Positions 53,301-64,000 of a stretch of DNA of 64,000 nucleotides are shown piece after piece. This DNA comes from Hyphochytrium catenoides. Lineage: Eukaryota > Protista > Hyphochytriomycota. The notes beneath the pieces were generated by a model. It was given only the letters and a program-made list of their open reading frames with translations. It had not been told where the DNA came from and did no database searches. Within the stretch, counting starts at the first letter, position 1. Every line of letters begins with the position of its first letter. Where the stretch lies: the NCBI GenBank assembly GCA_900088475.1, contig FLMG01003587.1, forward strand, positions 1 to 64,000, in the 5' to 3' direction. The position numbers and the translations under genes were made by a program.

Positions 53301-56300
53301 GCCCCTTTGAGTTTCTATCCTGCTCTCCCTCCTCCTCCTCTGCACTTGAGACTGCGCCGAGATGAGAAGGTCCAAAAGGGGGAGGTGGGTATTCACCAGA
53401 TCCTTCCCAGAGACAAACATGAATCGAACGAGCTGGGCCAAAACCTCTAAAACCTTTTCCGCTAGTGAAAGTGAACAAACATTGAGCGTAGGGATAGCAT
53501 GATTCGCAGAGAAGAGGGAGCAGAAGAGCTCTTTGGCCGCTTGCCAATGTGCTTCACCATCCTTCGTTTGGCCCTTCAAAACAAAAATCTCAGCGTCATG
53601 AAGCTGGAGCGAGAGGAGTGAAAATATGTCTAGGGGCAGTTCCTTCCCTAAATTCTTAGCAGATACCAACATCTTTTCCACTGTCGTGAGGTCAAGGGAC
53701 CAGCACGCACCGACATCTCTACTCTTGTCGTCCTTTCCTCTAATTTCTTTCTCTTCCCCTTGGGCCGTTGGAGGAGGAACTCCTTCCAACCTTCCCGGAC
53801 TCTCCGAATGATCGCTCCAACTATCCGAAGCCTTGAAGAAGGAAGTAGGCTTGAACGTCATACTCAAACTCCTCTGGATGGGAGAATGCTTGCCTAAGCT
53901 CCCTGTTCTTCCTTCCCCTGTCACGATATGGGCAGTCACGTCAGGTCGCCGAAGTCGTACCGCAAGCCTTTCTTTCTGTTCGGCCTCATCCTGTTTTTCT
54001 TGCAAGAGCCTCGTCTGCGATAGAAGTTCGCCCATAGAGAGAGAAAGTCTTCTCCTCAATGCCTTACGCTGCATGCGATCGTCTCCTGCCTGTTTGAAGC
54101 CTTCAAACGCGACATCGTAGCTCCGTAGAGCATCCCACAGAAGCTCACCCTCTGTTAGATATTTGGGGACCCACCAGCAAGTCAAGGAGCTAGGTGGGAG
54201 GCCAAAAGGGGAAGAGGAGAGGAAGCATTAACTGGCAGACAGTATCTTCGGCGTCATTGCAAAAGCGATTGCCAAGCGGTAAAAAGTGAGCAGGATGGAG
54301 ACGTCTGAGGGATCACCAACTCACATGTTTGCATCTTTTCCCTGTTTTGGACTGAGCGCCAGGAGGGACATACCAGGCGGCTGACAGATCAAAGGAAACA
54401 TAGGTATGGAACGAGAGGCCTGAAACACTCGTTGCAAAATCTTTGCCCTAGAGAATAAAATAGTAGGCAGATCCTGCAGCAGGACATTCCGTTAGTGGTA
54501 TGGAGCTCATCAACAACCTCTTTCTTGCCCATAGTTCCGTCAGCCGTATACTAGTTCTCTCTGATGTACAACATGGCCAGTCTCATCTTTGTGCTCACCG
54601 GAGACAGCAAATCGTGCGCCATTTGGGCTGTGGCCGCAGCCCAGCCCAAGCTTTGGCCCCACTGACCCCGTTGAAGGTTGACCTTGGCTTGTAGAATACC
54701 CAGATCGCCGTTTGAAGAGGCTGAGACAATAGCAGAAATACGGGGAAGGCAGGACTCCAACTGGTTCCCTGCCAAAATCGGTTATAGGGAAGCATACGGT
54801 GGAGACAGAAGGTACGGCCGTGAAGGGGACAAAGAGACCAGAACAACGATACGTTAAGGAGCTATTTTCCTACAACGGCGATGAGTCCTGCCTCACAATC
54901 CCTCATCTTCCCGTACCTGCGTACAACGGTGGGGAGGTGGACCAGCCTCGAGGTCTGTTCAAGGTGGGCGATTGAAAGGACTGTCTGAGCCCACTGATTT
55001 TGTCGATAATCCTAAGGGCTTGAGAGGGGCTTCCGAGACGAAGGAAAGCCTGACAGATGAGAATCAAATATCGACAGCAATAAGACGAGGCGGAGACTAG
55101 ACAACGTTCGGATGAATGAAGGCTCAGACCCTCGAGAGATTGTCCATGGAACATACGAGACAATACAAAGCAGTTGCGAAGAATAATATCTAGGCTCACA
55201 ATAATCGAGGTAGCAACGAAAGAAGAGCGCCTCTATCATAAGCCATGGATATCGAGACCATCACACAATTCGTAAGAAGGGGCAGCTGAGTACATACAAC
55301 GTCAAATAGGCAAGGAGATTGTTAGGATCAATGTCAAAAGGGCAGTGCGTGTACCTTAGCTAGCCAGGAACAGACCGCCACTTTTCTGCTCATAAGGTTT
55401 TGGCTTCCTCCGCCTGCCATTCCACCCCTATACGCTTCTAACTGACACAGCAGCTGCTGAAGCTGGCGGATTGCGCTGGAAGTATGACCCAGCTTTAGGC
55501 GCAGCTGAGCACCTTTCAGGGTCAATTGCTCGAGGCGCAGGCCATATTCATACATCTCAGCCTTCTTAGCGTGGACCAGCCAAGCATCAGAGTATCGATA
55601 GTCAGTAAGCCAGCTCTTCAAGAAACAGAGAGGGCAACCACACAGGCAAGTGCCTCAAAACAAATATAGGGGTTGGGGTAAGATTATAGATGGAAGAAGG
55701 GGTAGATAAGCCATTATGGAAAGGAGTGCGGAGGAGAAGGAAAGATCGGGGATGAAGCCGCAGACGACACATACTTCGTCACTCATGCATTTGAGTTCCT
55801 CTTTGAGGTATCGCACGGCTTTTTGAAGCTCTTGAGAAGCCGCTTCAAAGTCTCCTAATTCTAGATGACTTTTGTAGAGCACGTCAACGATGTAAGTCAC
55901 CTTTAGGAGATAGTGTGAGATTCGAAGCGTCAGAGTCATGTCCTTCGCAGAAATGCACTGGTCACCATAGAAAAAGGGGCATCTGTACGACTAGGGTCAT
56001 AAGAGCTACGACCGTGGAAAGACGTAGGTTGCGCTGGCCAAGAGCGTAAAGAAGAATAGAAGAAGACACCCGAGTTGTTCAGGCAATCTGTTCAGGAATG
56101 TACTATCGAGAGAACCGAAACATCTGTGACTTATGTGAGACAGTTGACCACAGCGATCTGTTTTACTATCTCTTCTCACCTCGTTGCTGGAATGCTGCCT
56201 CATACTCTCCTCCATTATTAGTCTATGGTAGGCTATAGACCGATGCAAGTCTGCAGTATCAATCGATAGGGTGGCTATTCTCCTTCTCGTCCTCATAAGT

Positions 56301-59300
56301 TCGTCCACTTCTCTGCCCGTCTCTTTGTAGAACTTTTCCATCTCCTGCAGAGTCCAGATTGCCATCTGGAGCTGTCTCGTTCCCGTGAAGCACAGCGACA
56401 AGCGGGACAGGAAGTTAAGAAACAAAATTGGGGAGAAGACGGCCGCAGGTACTGTCAAAGATGACATCAGTTGACTTGCCCACTTGGTGTCATGGTCCTC
56501 ATTTCTTCTGGTGACCCAATCTGAGAGGTCGCTGAAAACTAGGTCGATTGGAGCATCTCTCCACAATAACGAGAAGCAGGGAAGAAGCGGATACGAACAA
56601 TGCAGCATAACGCGCAGCTGCGAGCAAAGGCTCACAAGAAGAGTTTCCATCTCAGCGCATGCTCCAGCGTCGTCGAAAGAAAGCGAGGATACCAATGCCG
56701 CGCCAACCTTCAATCTTGGAAAAGACGCTCCATTTCTGTTGTCCTCCTCTTTCGCTTGCACCAGGCAAGACCAGCACCGATGCAGGAAGTCAGTCCTCAG
56801 ATACCTTAAGCGAAGTTGTTGAGCTGGGCTTTCTGCCTCCAAACTTCCTAGGGCGGAGGATGGAGGAGATGAGGATGATGCACCTGGAGTCCCAGAGTGC
56901 TCCCACGATCGTCCTAGGAGTACTTTAGATCAGCTCAGACAACTGTAGTCTCGGTCACATACGACTGGAAAAGAAAGGAGACACGCTAACGCAACTTCAA
57001 TGCTTCAGGAAGAGTTGGGCGAGCAAGATCTAAATCAAGATAGATCCACACATGGACGAGTGGATAGCAGCAATTACCATAGTGAGAAGCTTTCCCAGAG
57101 TCTCGCAGTCCCTCCTCCCCGACTATACTTTCCCCTTCTCTCAACTCTGAGAGGTCCTCGAACGTCAAAGGGGACACCCGTTGCTCATATAATTCATAAG
57201 AAGAGAAAATGCTGGCTAGAAGTGGATCAGTAGGATCCAAAACCGTGAGTCCTTCTCTTTCGCCTACACGCGCTTGAAGAACTTCAAGAAGGAGGGAGGA
57301 TAGTCTGTCGTGGATGTCATCCTGCGGCTTTGAAGCTTTTAAAGCGCAATGCGCCTCGACGTCAATCTTCACCAAACGAGAGGGAAAGGAGACAAAGAAA
57401 TGGTGAGTGAAACGGCCCCATATGATTTGAAAGAGTGAGGGACGCTCCGGCTGCCAAGCGGCGAAACTTAGACCGGGCAGAGGATCAGGCCCTACTTTAG
57501 CTAAGCGAAATGCGAAAGTGGATGGCAATGGAACGATGCGGACGTTTGAGGATGTGAAGCAGATCGCACAGGACTCAAAAATAGAGCAGTGGAGAGGTCT
57601 GACCTGAACAAATTTGAATATGTGGTCCAACGTCAGCCTCTCATCTCCCGTGTGCCTCAAGAGATTAACAATTCTTTCGCTTAGGACTTTTCCTAGCGCT
57701 TCTGACTCATTCTCAGAGCCCTGCTTTTTCTCCATCAACACCACGAACGCCACCAATTGAACTGCGAAGCCAGGAACATGGTCAGACAAGATAACAATCC
57801 GACGGAGAGGAGTACGAAGGCAAAGTCAACGCAGTGGACCCAGAGCATGAAGTACAAAACTAAAAATGTGCTATCAATTAAAGGAAGGCAGGCACGCTTA
57901 TCGGGACAGGGGCCAGAGTCTATAGAAGGTACGATGAGCGGTCAGTAGTTTTCTCTTGGTACCATAGAGGTGCATCAAACGACTATTTCCATCGACACCA
58001 GTGTCTACGATGTTAGGGCACTCTCGGTAGTGTTGCACGGCCGTTTGAGCTGACGACTCATCCGCAAAGACCACCAAACGCCTACTGAGAGAGACCATAC
58101 GACTTCCCCAACCCTGAAGTGAGACAGCAATGGGAGGGTTAGGTAGAGGAGGGAATAAGGCCCTAGGAAACTTCTAGGAACCTACAGCGCTTGTTGTCAC
58201 TCTTGCATCGGTAATGTCGGAGCTGCTAGCTTCATTTGCAGAAAGGAGATCGGGAAAGAGGTCATCCCAGTCGGGCACTGGCTGCAGTAGGGACATGAGA
58301 CAAGCAGAGCACGGGTAAGGTCACAAGGTATTGACGACACAGAGAGACGCTCTTCCATCCCAAAAGAATGAATAGATTTCCTATGTTGGAGGTCCCACAA
58401 GAGGTGACATTGACGAGCTTGAACAAGACGAGAGCAACTTCGGATCGAGGCTCTAACATAGATATTTTCCCTATCAGGCTCATCTAGCGAGCAAGGAGGG
58501 GCCACTAAGTAAAGTAACAAAAAGAAAATATAGCAGGAGAGAGACTTTGTACCACTAAGGGATCTTCTGCTCCTTGTGAAGGAGGCACTAGCTCTTTAGT
58601 TGAGATATCTCCCCGTAGGTATTGAAGAAGCCGCTCAGCGCTAAATCTGGTCTCTTCCTTCTCCACACGAAAGCTAGAGGCCGTCTGATGAAAGAAGTCC
58701 CGATAAAGAGTGGAAGGGCTGGGGATCCCCTCTGAGCCGGCGTCATTGAACTCTTGATCCCAATCTTCCTCTTCTTCCTCGGCCTCCATCTCTTCGATCG
58801 TCCTTGGCTCTCTTTCCTTCCCCTCGCCGTGTAGATCAGTGCTCACGGTTATTGTCAGTTGCGGAGGGGGAGAGAGCTCTATGTCCATATTTCTTGCCCA
58901 AGTGAGCGCCTGCCATGCAACAGCTCTTGCCTCTGAAAGAGATGTGCAGAGAGCGGGGCGATTTGAGAAGATAGTTGTGCTCTTCGGAGACTTGAAGCAG
59001 TCTAGCAGGAGCCCTAGCGGTAGGTGATCGTCGTTTCCTAAACCTCCAACTGGTCCCATCTGTCCTCTGTTCCCAACAAGCGCCATAGAGCTCCTTGCTA
59101 GCCTTAATCCCACGGACCTTAAACCTATGGCCACCAGATACGTCCCCATAGCCACGATGCCAAGACAGATTTCCTTCACTGAGAGGACCCCTGAACATAT
59201 TCCATTCAAAAGCAGCGCCGCAAAAAGAGAACTTTCGATGGTTTCTAAAGTGTCCCGGTTAAGATCTTCGGCTACGTTTGAGCCGAGCAAGGGAGCTTTT

Positions 59301-60471
59301 GAAAGCGAACCAGTCTCGTCCTCTCCACCAACAGGGAGCACCGATGACATGGAAGAGAGGAGTCGGAGAAGGGTTGCTTTCTCCTCCTTGTCTGGCGACA
59401 GTAGCTTCTGCTGCCAAAAGAGCATCCCGGAGACAATTAACTCCATCCTTCTGAATGCTTCAATTAATGAGAAGTCCAACTTGTCGATCTCTCGCCCTTC
59501 CGCCAGCCCATATTCAACGCTTAGTAAAAGATCGAGAATCAGCTCCTTGAGTGGAGTGTCCTGTCCATTCGCCAGATCTCGGGAGGGAACTAGTTGGCTG
59601 CTCAAAGTAGGAGGCGGCTGAGTCTTCTCATCTGATAAGCGCCACCTGAAGAGAGCGGACACAGCCGCAAGCCGATCTCTGGAATCCTGCATTGATAAAA
59701 AGAAAGAGCAAATCAACTATCCGCCATACAATTCAAGGAGAGCACAGAGAGGAATGGGAGAGCAACATTGATCAACAGCGCAGAGGAATTTGAGAAACAG
59801 TTGATAGAGAAGCACGTGATCTACCTCATCATCATCTTTGAGGACCAAAGAGTGGGCTTCACAGTGACGCTCCAACGCAGCTATTGACATTGTTTATGAT
59901 CAGGTAAGGCCGAGTGGTGCGAACACGAATTCTTAGATAGCGAGAGAAGAGAACTGGATTGGTTGAACAGCCAAGAACAGTCCTTCGCAGAGCAGAGAAA
60001 GTGACAGCGCGGCGAGCTGAGCATCAAAAAATCGCCGAAGGACATCGAAAGGAGCCCAACGAACAAGAAGTAGGACGAAGAAAGCAATTGCCGACACAGT
60101 ATCGTTTTCATCCTCCACCTGCAATAGCTCCACAAGCATCCTCTAGCGCCCTCACTAGAAGCTTCGGCGCCCTATACGTCTTCTGGAAGTCTAGACGATA
60201 GCAGAAGAGTGAGCTAAAGTCATTCACTCTTAAAGAGATCGCATCGTACCGCTTCTCTCTGGGATCGGCTCATTAGGAAGGGCTTCAAAGTGAAAATCTT
60301 GGTCCCAGGATTCTGCAAGGAAAGCGCAGTGAGAAAGTGCGAAGCAATGAAGGGAGAGAGATAATCTGCCAGAAGGTGCGAGCACTAGTGGAAGCAAGGC
60401 AGTTTAGCAAAGATATAGCACGTTTAAGGTATAGCAAGAGAGAAGCATGCGCTACCCTCAGCCTCCGCCAT
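50372..60471 (-). CDS. Very large multi-exon helical-repeat (TPR-like) protein with acidic WDxxF motifs and a CHAT/separase-like C-terminal segment
   Basis: Start MAEAE|ESWDQDFHF, then in-frame spliced exons into long Leu/Ala-rich helical ORFs (58505-59716, 56006-56842, 52821-54185, 50372-52282). A second motif EEDWDQEF is present, and LICSPQLGAFPWETML lies near the C-terminus. Internal exons were not all resolved. Confidence 0.7.
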
Positions 60472-61248
60472 GGCTAATCCACTTCAGTCCATCCTTTTGA
60501 CGTCCTGCTGCCAAAAGCGCTGGCACTAGCGGCGTCCCATCAGAGTCTAACGTCAGCGGAAGGAAATCTCCCAACCTAGAAGTTGGTGCTACTATGACAA
60601 CAGCACCAAAGACGTTCTTTGTGAAGGTAGTAGATGGTGAAGAGCAGAGCGGCCGCTGCTGTGCAGCCAATCTACCAGACAACGCTCTGCTGAGCCATGA
60701 AGTGGAGGACCTAGGTCACAAGAGATACGAGCAGAAAGAGGAATCAGGAGTAAGAGCTCCCCTGGTAGACTTAACCAAGGGATCACTGACCGACAAGTCA
60801 GACAGATGGTGGTGAGTGAGCTCAAGACAGCCCGGGCAGCAGCGGAGATCACACGCGGGACGCCTGCCTCCCGAAGTGAGACATCCTTTCAACAAACCTT
60901 CACCCAACATCAAGTGGTGACCCATGGGTGTACCCAGGTCTACCTATCTCATTCTTAATTCATTGTACCCATGTTACCTGGACGCTACCCCGCCCCTACC
61001 CAAATAACACCTCTGGCCTTTGGGTTGATGTGAGCGCTGTTGGAGCTTTTTAGAAGATCAAGAACCCAGTCCATCGACGGGCACACGATCCGCAAGGGGC
61101 CAGGCGACACGCACATAGCACTGCCTAGAGAGAGAGGCCTTCAGATTGCGCGCAGAGAGCTGGTCATGGCTGTAGCTTGCTCAGTGCTGCTCCAAAAAGG
61201 ACAATGGGGAGTCACTAGGCTTCGAAGGTAGGTAGAGTATAGCAGCTC

Positions 61249-62306
61249 ATGTCTGGAAAGGCAAAGCTTTCGGCTGGCCAAAGGCAGGAGTATGACTGGC
61301 TTCTCCCGGAACCCAAAGCCGAAGCAACCTCTGCTGGCAGCTGGGAGCATGTACACGAGGCCAAGGAGATCACTCGCCCCAAGTACAGGACCGGCAAAAA
61401 GGAGACTGCTGTCAAGGTGTATACGGTGAATCAGGAGTCAAGGTGCCACTACTATTATCTACTTACTCCCTCGCTACTCGTCACTCAGGTCGTGAGTCCT
61501 CGTTGCCAGGTATCTCGTCATCAGCAACATTCCCTCTATTGGGCATGGAACTCTAGAAGAGCTCTTGTCGCGGTTATCCGCGTTCGGCGTCATAGAAGAG
61601 TAGGAGAAAGGTCCGCCTTATCTACGTCGGTTGCAATCCTTCTAAGCACCATTCTGTGGCGTTTGCAGGCATCGCGTTATGGATGAGGTCGAAGCTGAGC
61701 CATTTACGGATATATTGTGGGTCAAGTATAAGGAGATCACAGCTGCAAGGTTGGCTTTCTTCAGCGTTCAGCCTGTTTTGTTCTTCCGACTTGAACGTCC
61801 CATTCGTTTTGTGCTCCTGTTATGGTGCAGAATATGCAGGGCGAAGATCAAGCAGAAGCCTTTCTATGGACACCTTCTGCACATCCGCTATGCCCCAGAG
61901 TATGAGGACGTGCGAGATGTCCAAGAGAAGCTTAAGCAAAGAAAGGCTCTAATTCTTGATAGATATCGAAAGTTCCAAGGTGCTCTACTGGTTTCCTCTG
62001 ACAACGTTGGGAGTGGCTCACGCTATAATCTATCGCCTCTTTGGAGCAGAGTTCCATGAGCATAGACGGCAAGCAGAACAACAACAGAGGAAAGAGGCCA
62101 GACCCACTGGAAGTATTGTGAAAGCGATGACTCAAATGGACAAAACGACCTCCAGCGGAGGCACTTTCCCTCCCAGACCAGGAGGTCAAAGACGTCGGGC
62201 TGATGTTCTGCGGGATGCTGTCCGTCAGAAGCTCAGCCAAAAGCCCGGACTGGATAGGAGAGTCTCGCCGAAGAGTCCACCCAGAGCTAAGCGAAGGCGA
62301 AGTTGA
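61249..62306 (+). CDS. RBM48: RNA-binding motif protein 48 (minor-spliceosome factor), 5 exons
   Basis: RPKYRTGKKETAVKVYTVNQESR|YLVISNIPSIG...LSAFGVIEE|HRVMDEVEAEPFTDILWVKYKEITAAR|...KPFYGHLLHIRYAPEYEDVRDVQEKLKQRK matches the RBM48 signatures AVKVYT...ES.YL and LHV.YAPE.E...EKL..R. Confidence 0.92.
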
Positions 62307-62463
62307 GAAGACATTCACAGCCCTTCGTCGTGTGTCCCTGTCGCTCTCTAACTATTGTCCTGTCGGATTTAGGTCTTGCCAGGAAAATTTTCGTAGATGT
62401 AGCTAGTCTTCGTTACCATCAAGCTGATGGTCTGAGCAAGAGCCCTTGCCACCTTTTTTAGCT

Positions 62464-63765
62464 TTATAAGCTAAGGCCGGTGCCTCCTAGATTCTGCGTA
62501 GTGCCAAGTCCCATACAATCGAGATACATTATAAAGGTACCGTAGAAGAGTCGGGCAGGTCGGTGTATCAGAAGTTGAAGGAGCTGATCAACAGGCGACT
62601 TCTCGATACCTCTGTTCTTTGGTGCCGGGCTTCTGAAGATGGTGAGGTCTGGCATCCTGCTCTTTGCTGTCTTCTCTTGCTTGAGAACGGGAGTAGACAT
62701 CTTGCTTCCTCTATCCTTAGCCCTTTCAGCACTCTTGGGCGCTTGCGAAATCGTCAAGCTCAGGAAACTGAAGGAGAAATCATTAGCCTTGTCAGTGAAA
62801 GAGAAGCTGAGGGCCAGAAACTCTGTCTACCGTGGATGATAGGGGCTGTCAGAGTCGAAACACTCATTATTTGTGAACTCTCTGGGTCTGCTTGCTAGGT
62901 CCTGCTTCGCAAGCTTGGTTTTGGACTTGGTTGTGACTGTCGAAGATCTGGTCAAGAGGCTCAACTGGCGGCCTAGCGACGCCTCCCGCATCCTACTCTT
63001 TCTTAGCTCAAGGCCTAAATTGAGTCGCTCCACAATTGACTGCTGAAGAGCCAGCTCTAGGGTGATGTGTCCCTGCAAAAGATTCAGATAGTGAACCATC
63101 ATTGAAGGCACTGTTTAAACATGCAAGAGAAAGAATATGACGGCTACCGTCTCAAGCTTAGCTTCAACCTTGTCTCCAGCTCCCAAATCTGCCGCGATAT
63201 CTACTGCTTTACCAGTTGCTCTATCCTTGGCCGCCTTTAGCATGGCTTCTTTGATGGTCAGAAGCTTTCTCAGTGAAAGTACCTGAGGTAGGAATGGGAG
63301 TCAGTTAAGGAAAGAGGTGAACACAAAGAAGAATGACCAGGCACTTTGGCACCTCTTCTCCTAGGCTTTGAATTTCCTCATAGAGCAGTCGGGAAGATAT
63401 GCCTTCATGATCCTGGTGGTCTGTCGATTACCAGTCACGAAGTTAGCGCGCGGAAGCACGAGAGCGTATAGGAGACGGAGCACATATACCAATAGGCTCG
63501 AGAATGCCAGAGAGTTCTTGTCCCTGTTCAAGCGGTTCAATACAGTCTTGATGGGAGTTGTCCTTATGATGTTCCTCTTCGAGCATTTTCCCTGTAGCCG
63601 TATTCAAAGTAAGGAATTCTGTCCGTGACAAGTCACCTCATAACAGCAAAGTTGTCTGATTAAGCCCTTTAATTTGTGCCTACCATCAGTATGGCTCTGT
63701 GACTGCGCTATCGCTGCTGCGAGCTCGGCGTCTTCTTCTTCTTCACTATTCCACTCGTCGGCCAT
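62464..63765 (-). CDS. Hypothetical coiled-coil protein with an N-terminal ubiquitin-interacting motif (UIM)
   Basis: MADEWNSEEEDAELAAAIAQSQ, then GT-AG spliced exons (EFLTLNTATG..., LLYEEIQSLGEE|VLSLRKLLTIKEAML..., GHITLELALQQSIVERLNLGLELRKSR). The 3' end is uncertain. Confidence 0.6.
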
Positions 63766-64000
63766 GTTCGACTACCTCCCGACATCCGACTCACACTGAT
63801 ATCTAGGTTGAAGGCGACGCTATGCGCTCCTCAATGTACCTTCCTTTGATTCAATCAAGTCTAGCCTCCGTGCTGGGGAAGGCAAGAGGGCCCTGATGAG
63901 TACTGAGGAGAAGTTTTCTCTTGGGCCCGTACCTACAAGAAGCCAAGGTAGCGCTACCTATCCTCTCACCTTCCCCGCGGGTTAGGCTCTTGGAGGATGA

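Noticed and set aside
60594-60925. ORFs upstream of the giant minus-strand gene as its possible start
   Set aside because: ATG 60471 has a good context and splices in frame to ESWDQDF. The upstream ORFs are short and stop before reaching it.
62563-62898. Plus-strand hydrophobic ORFs (MVRSGILLFAVF...)
   Set aside because: Best explained as antisense shadows of the hydrophilic minus-strand gene.

Overview
Compact, intron-rich eukaryotic nuclear DNA. It is probably a stramenopile with a flagellated stage; this is inferred from UGGT and SAC3 motif flavour and from B9D2, not from a database search. About 14 protein-coding genes are visible: a NIPA-type transporter (first exon only), SECIS-binding protein 2 (SBP2), an intronless Pro/Thr-rich GPI-anchored protein, canonical poly(A) polymerase, mitochondrial enoyl-CoA hydratase, a divergent ATP-grasp-like hypothetical protein, RECQL4, UGGT, SAC3/GANP, B9D2, a ~10-kb helical-repeat/CHAT-like gene, RBM48 and a UIM-containing coiled-coil protein. 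(GA)n/(CT)n microsatellites are concentrated in the left ~24 kb, and all four assembly gaps lie in the first 10 kb. The most striking item is SBP2. About five tandem U2AF65-type UHM/RRM domains sit between its Sec-incorporation domain and its L7Ae domain, directly after a ULM-like RKRRW peptide, and the predicted leader has a UGA-terminated uORF. Other notable items are RBM48 together with a U12-like GTATCCT donor in ECHS1, a Sld2-GRF-SAP-RecQ4 architecture, and a conserved 30-aa duplicated motif in GANP. I recognised no rRNA, tRNA, CRISPR array or transposon. Exon models were assembled by eye and are approximate.
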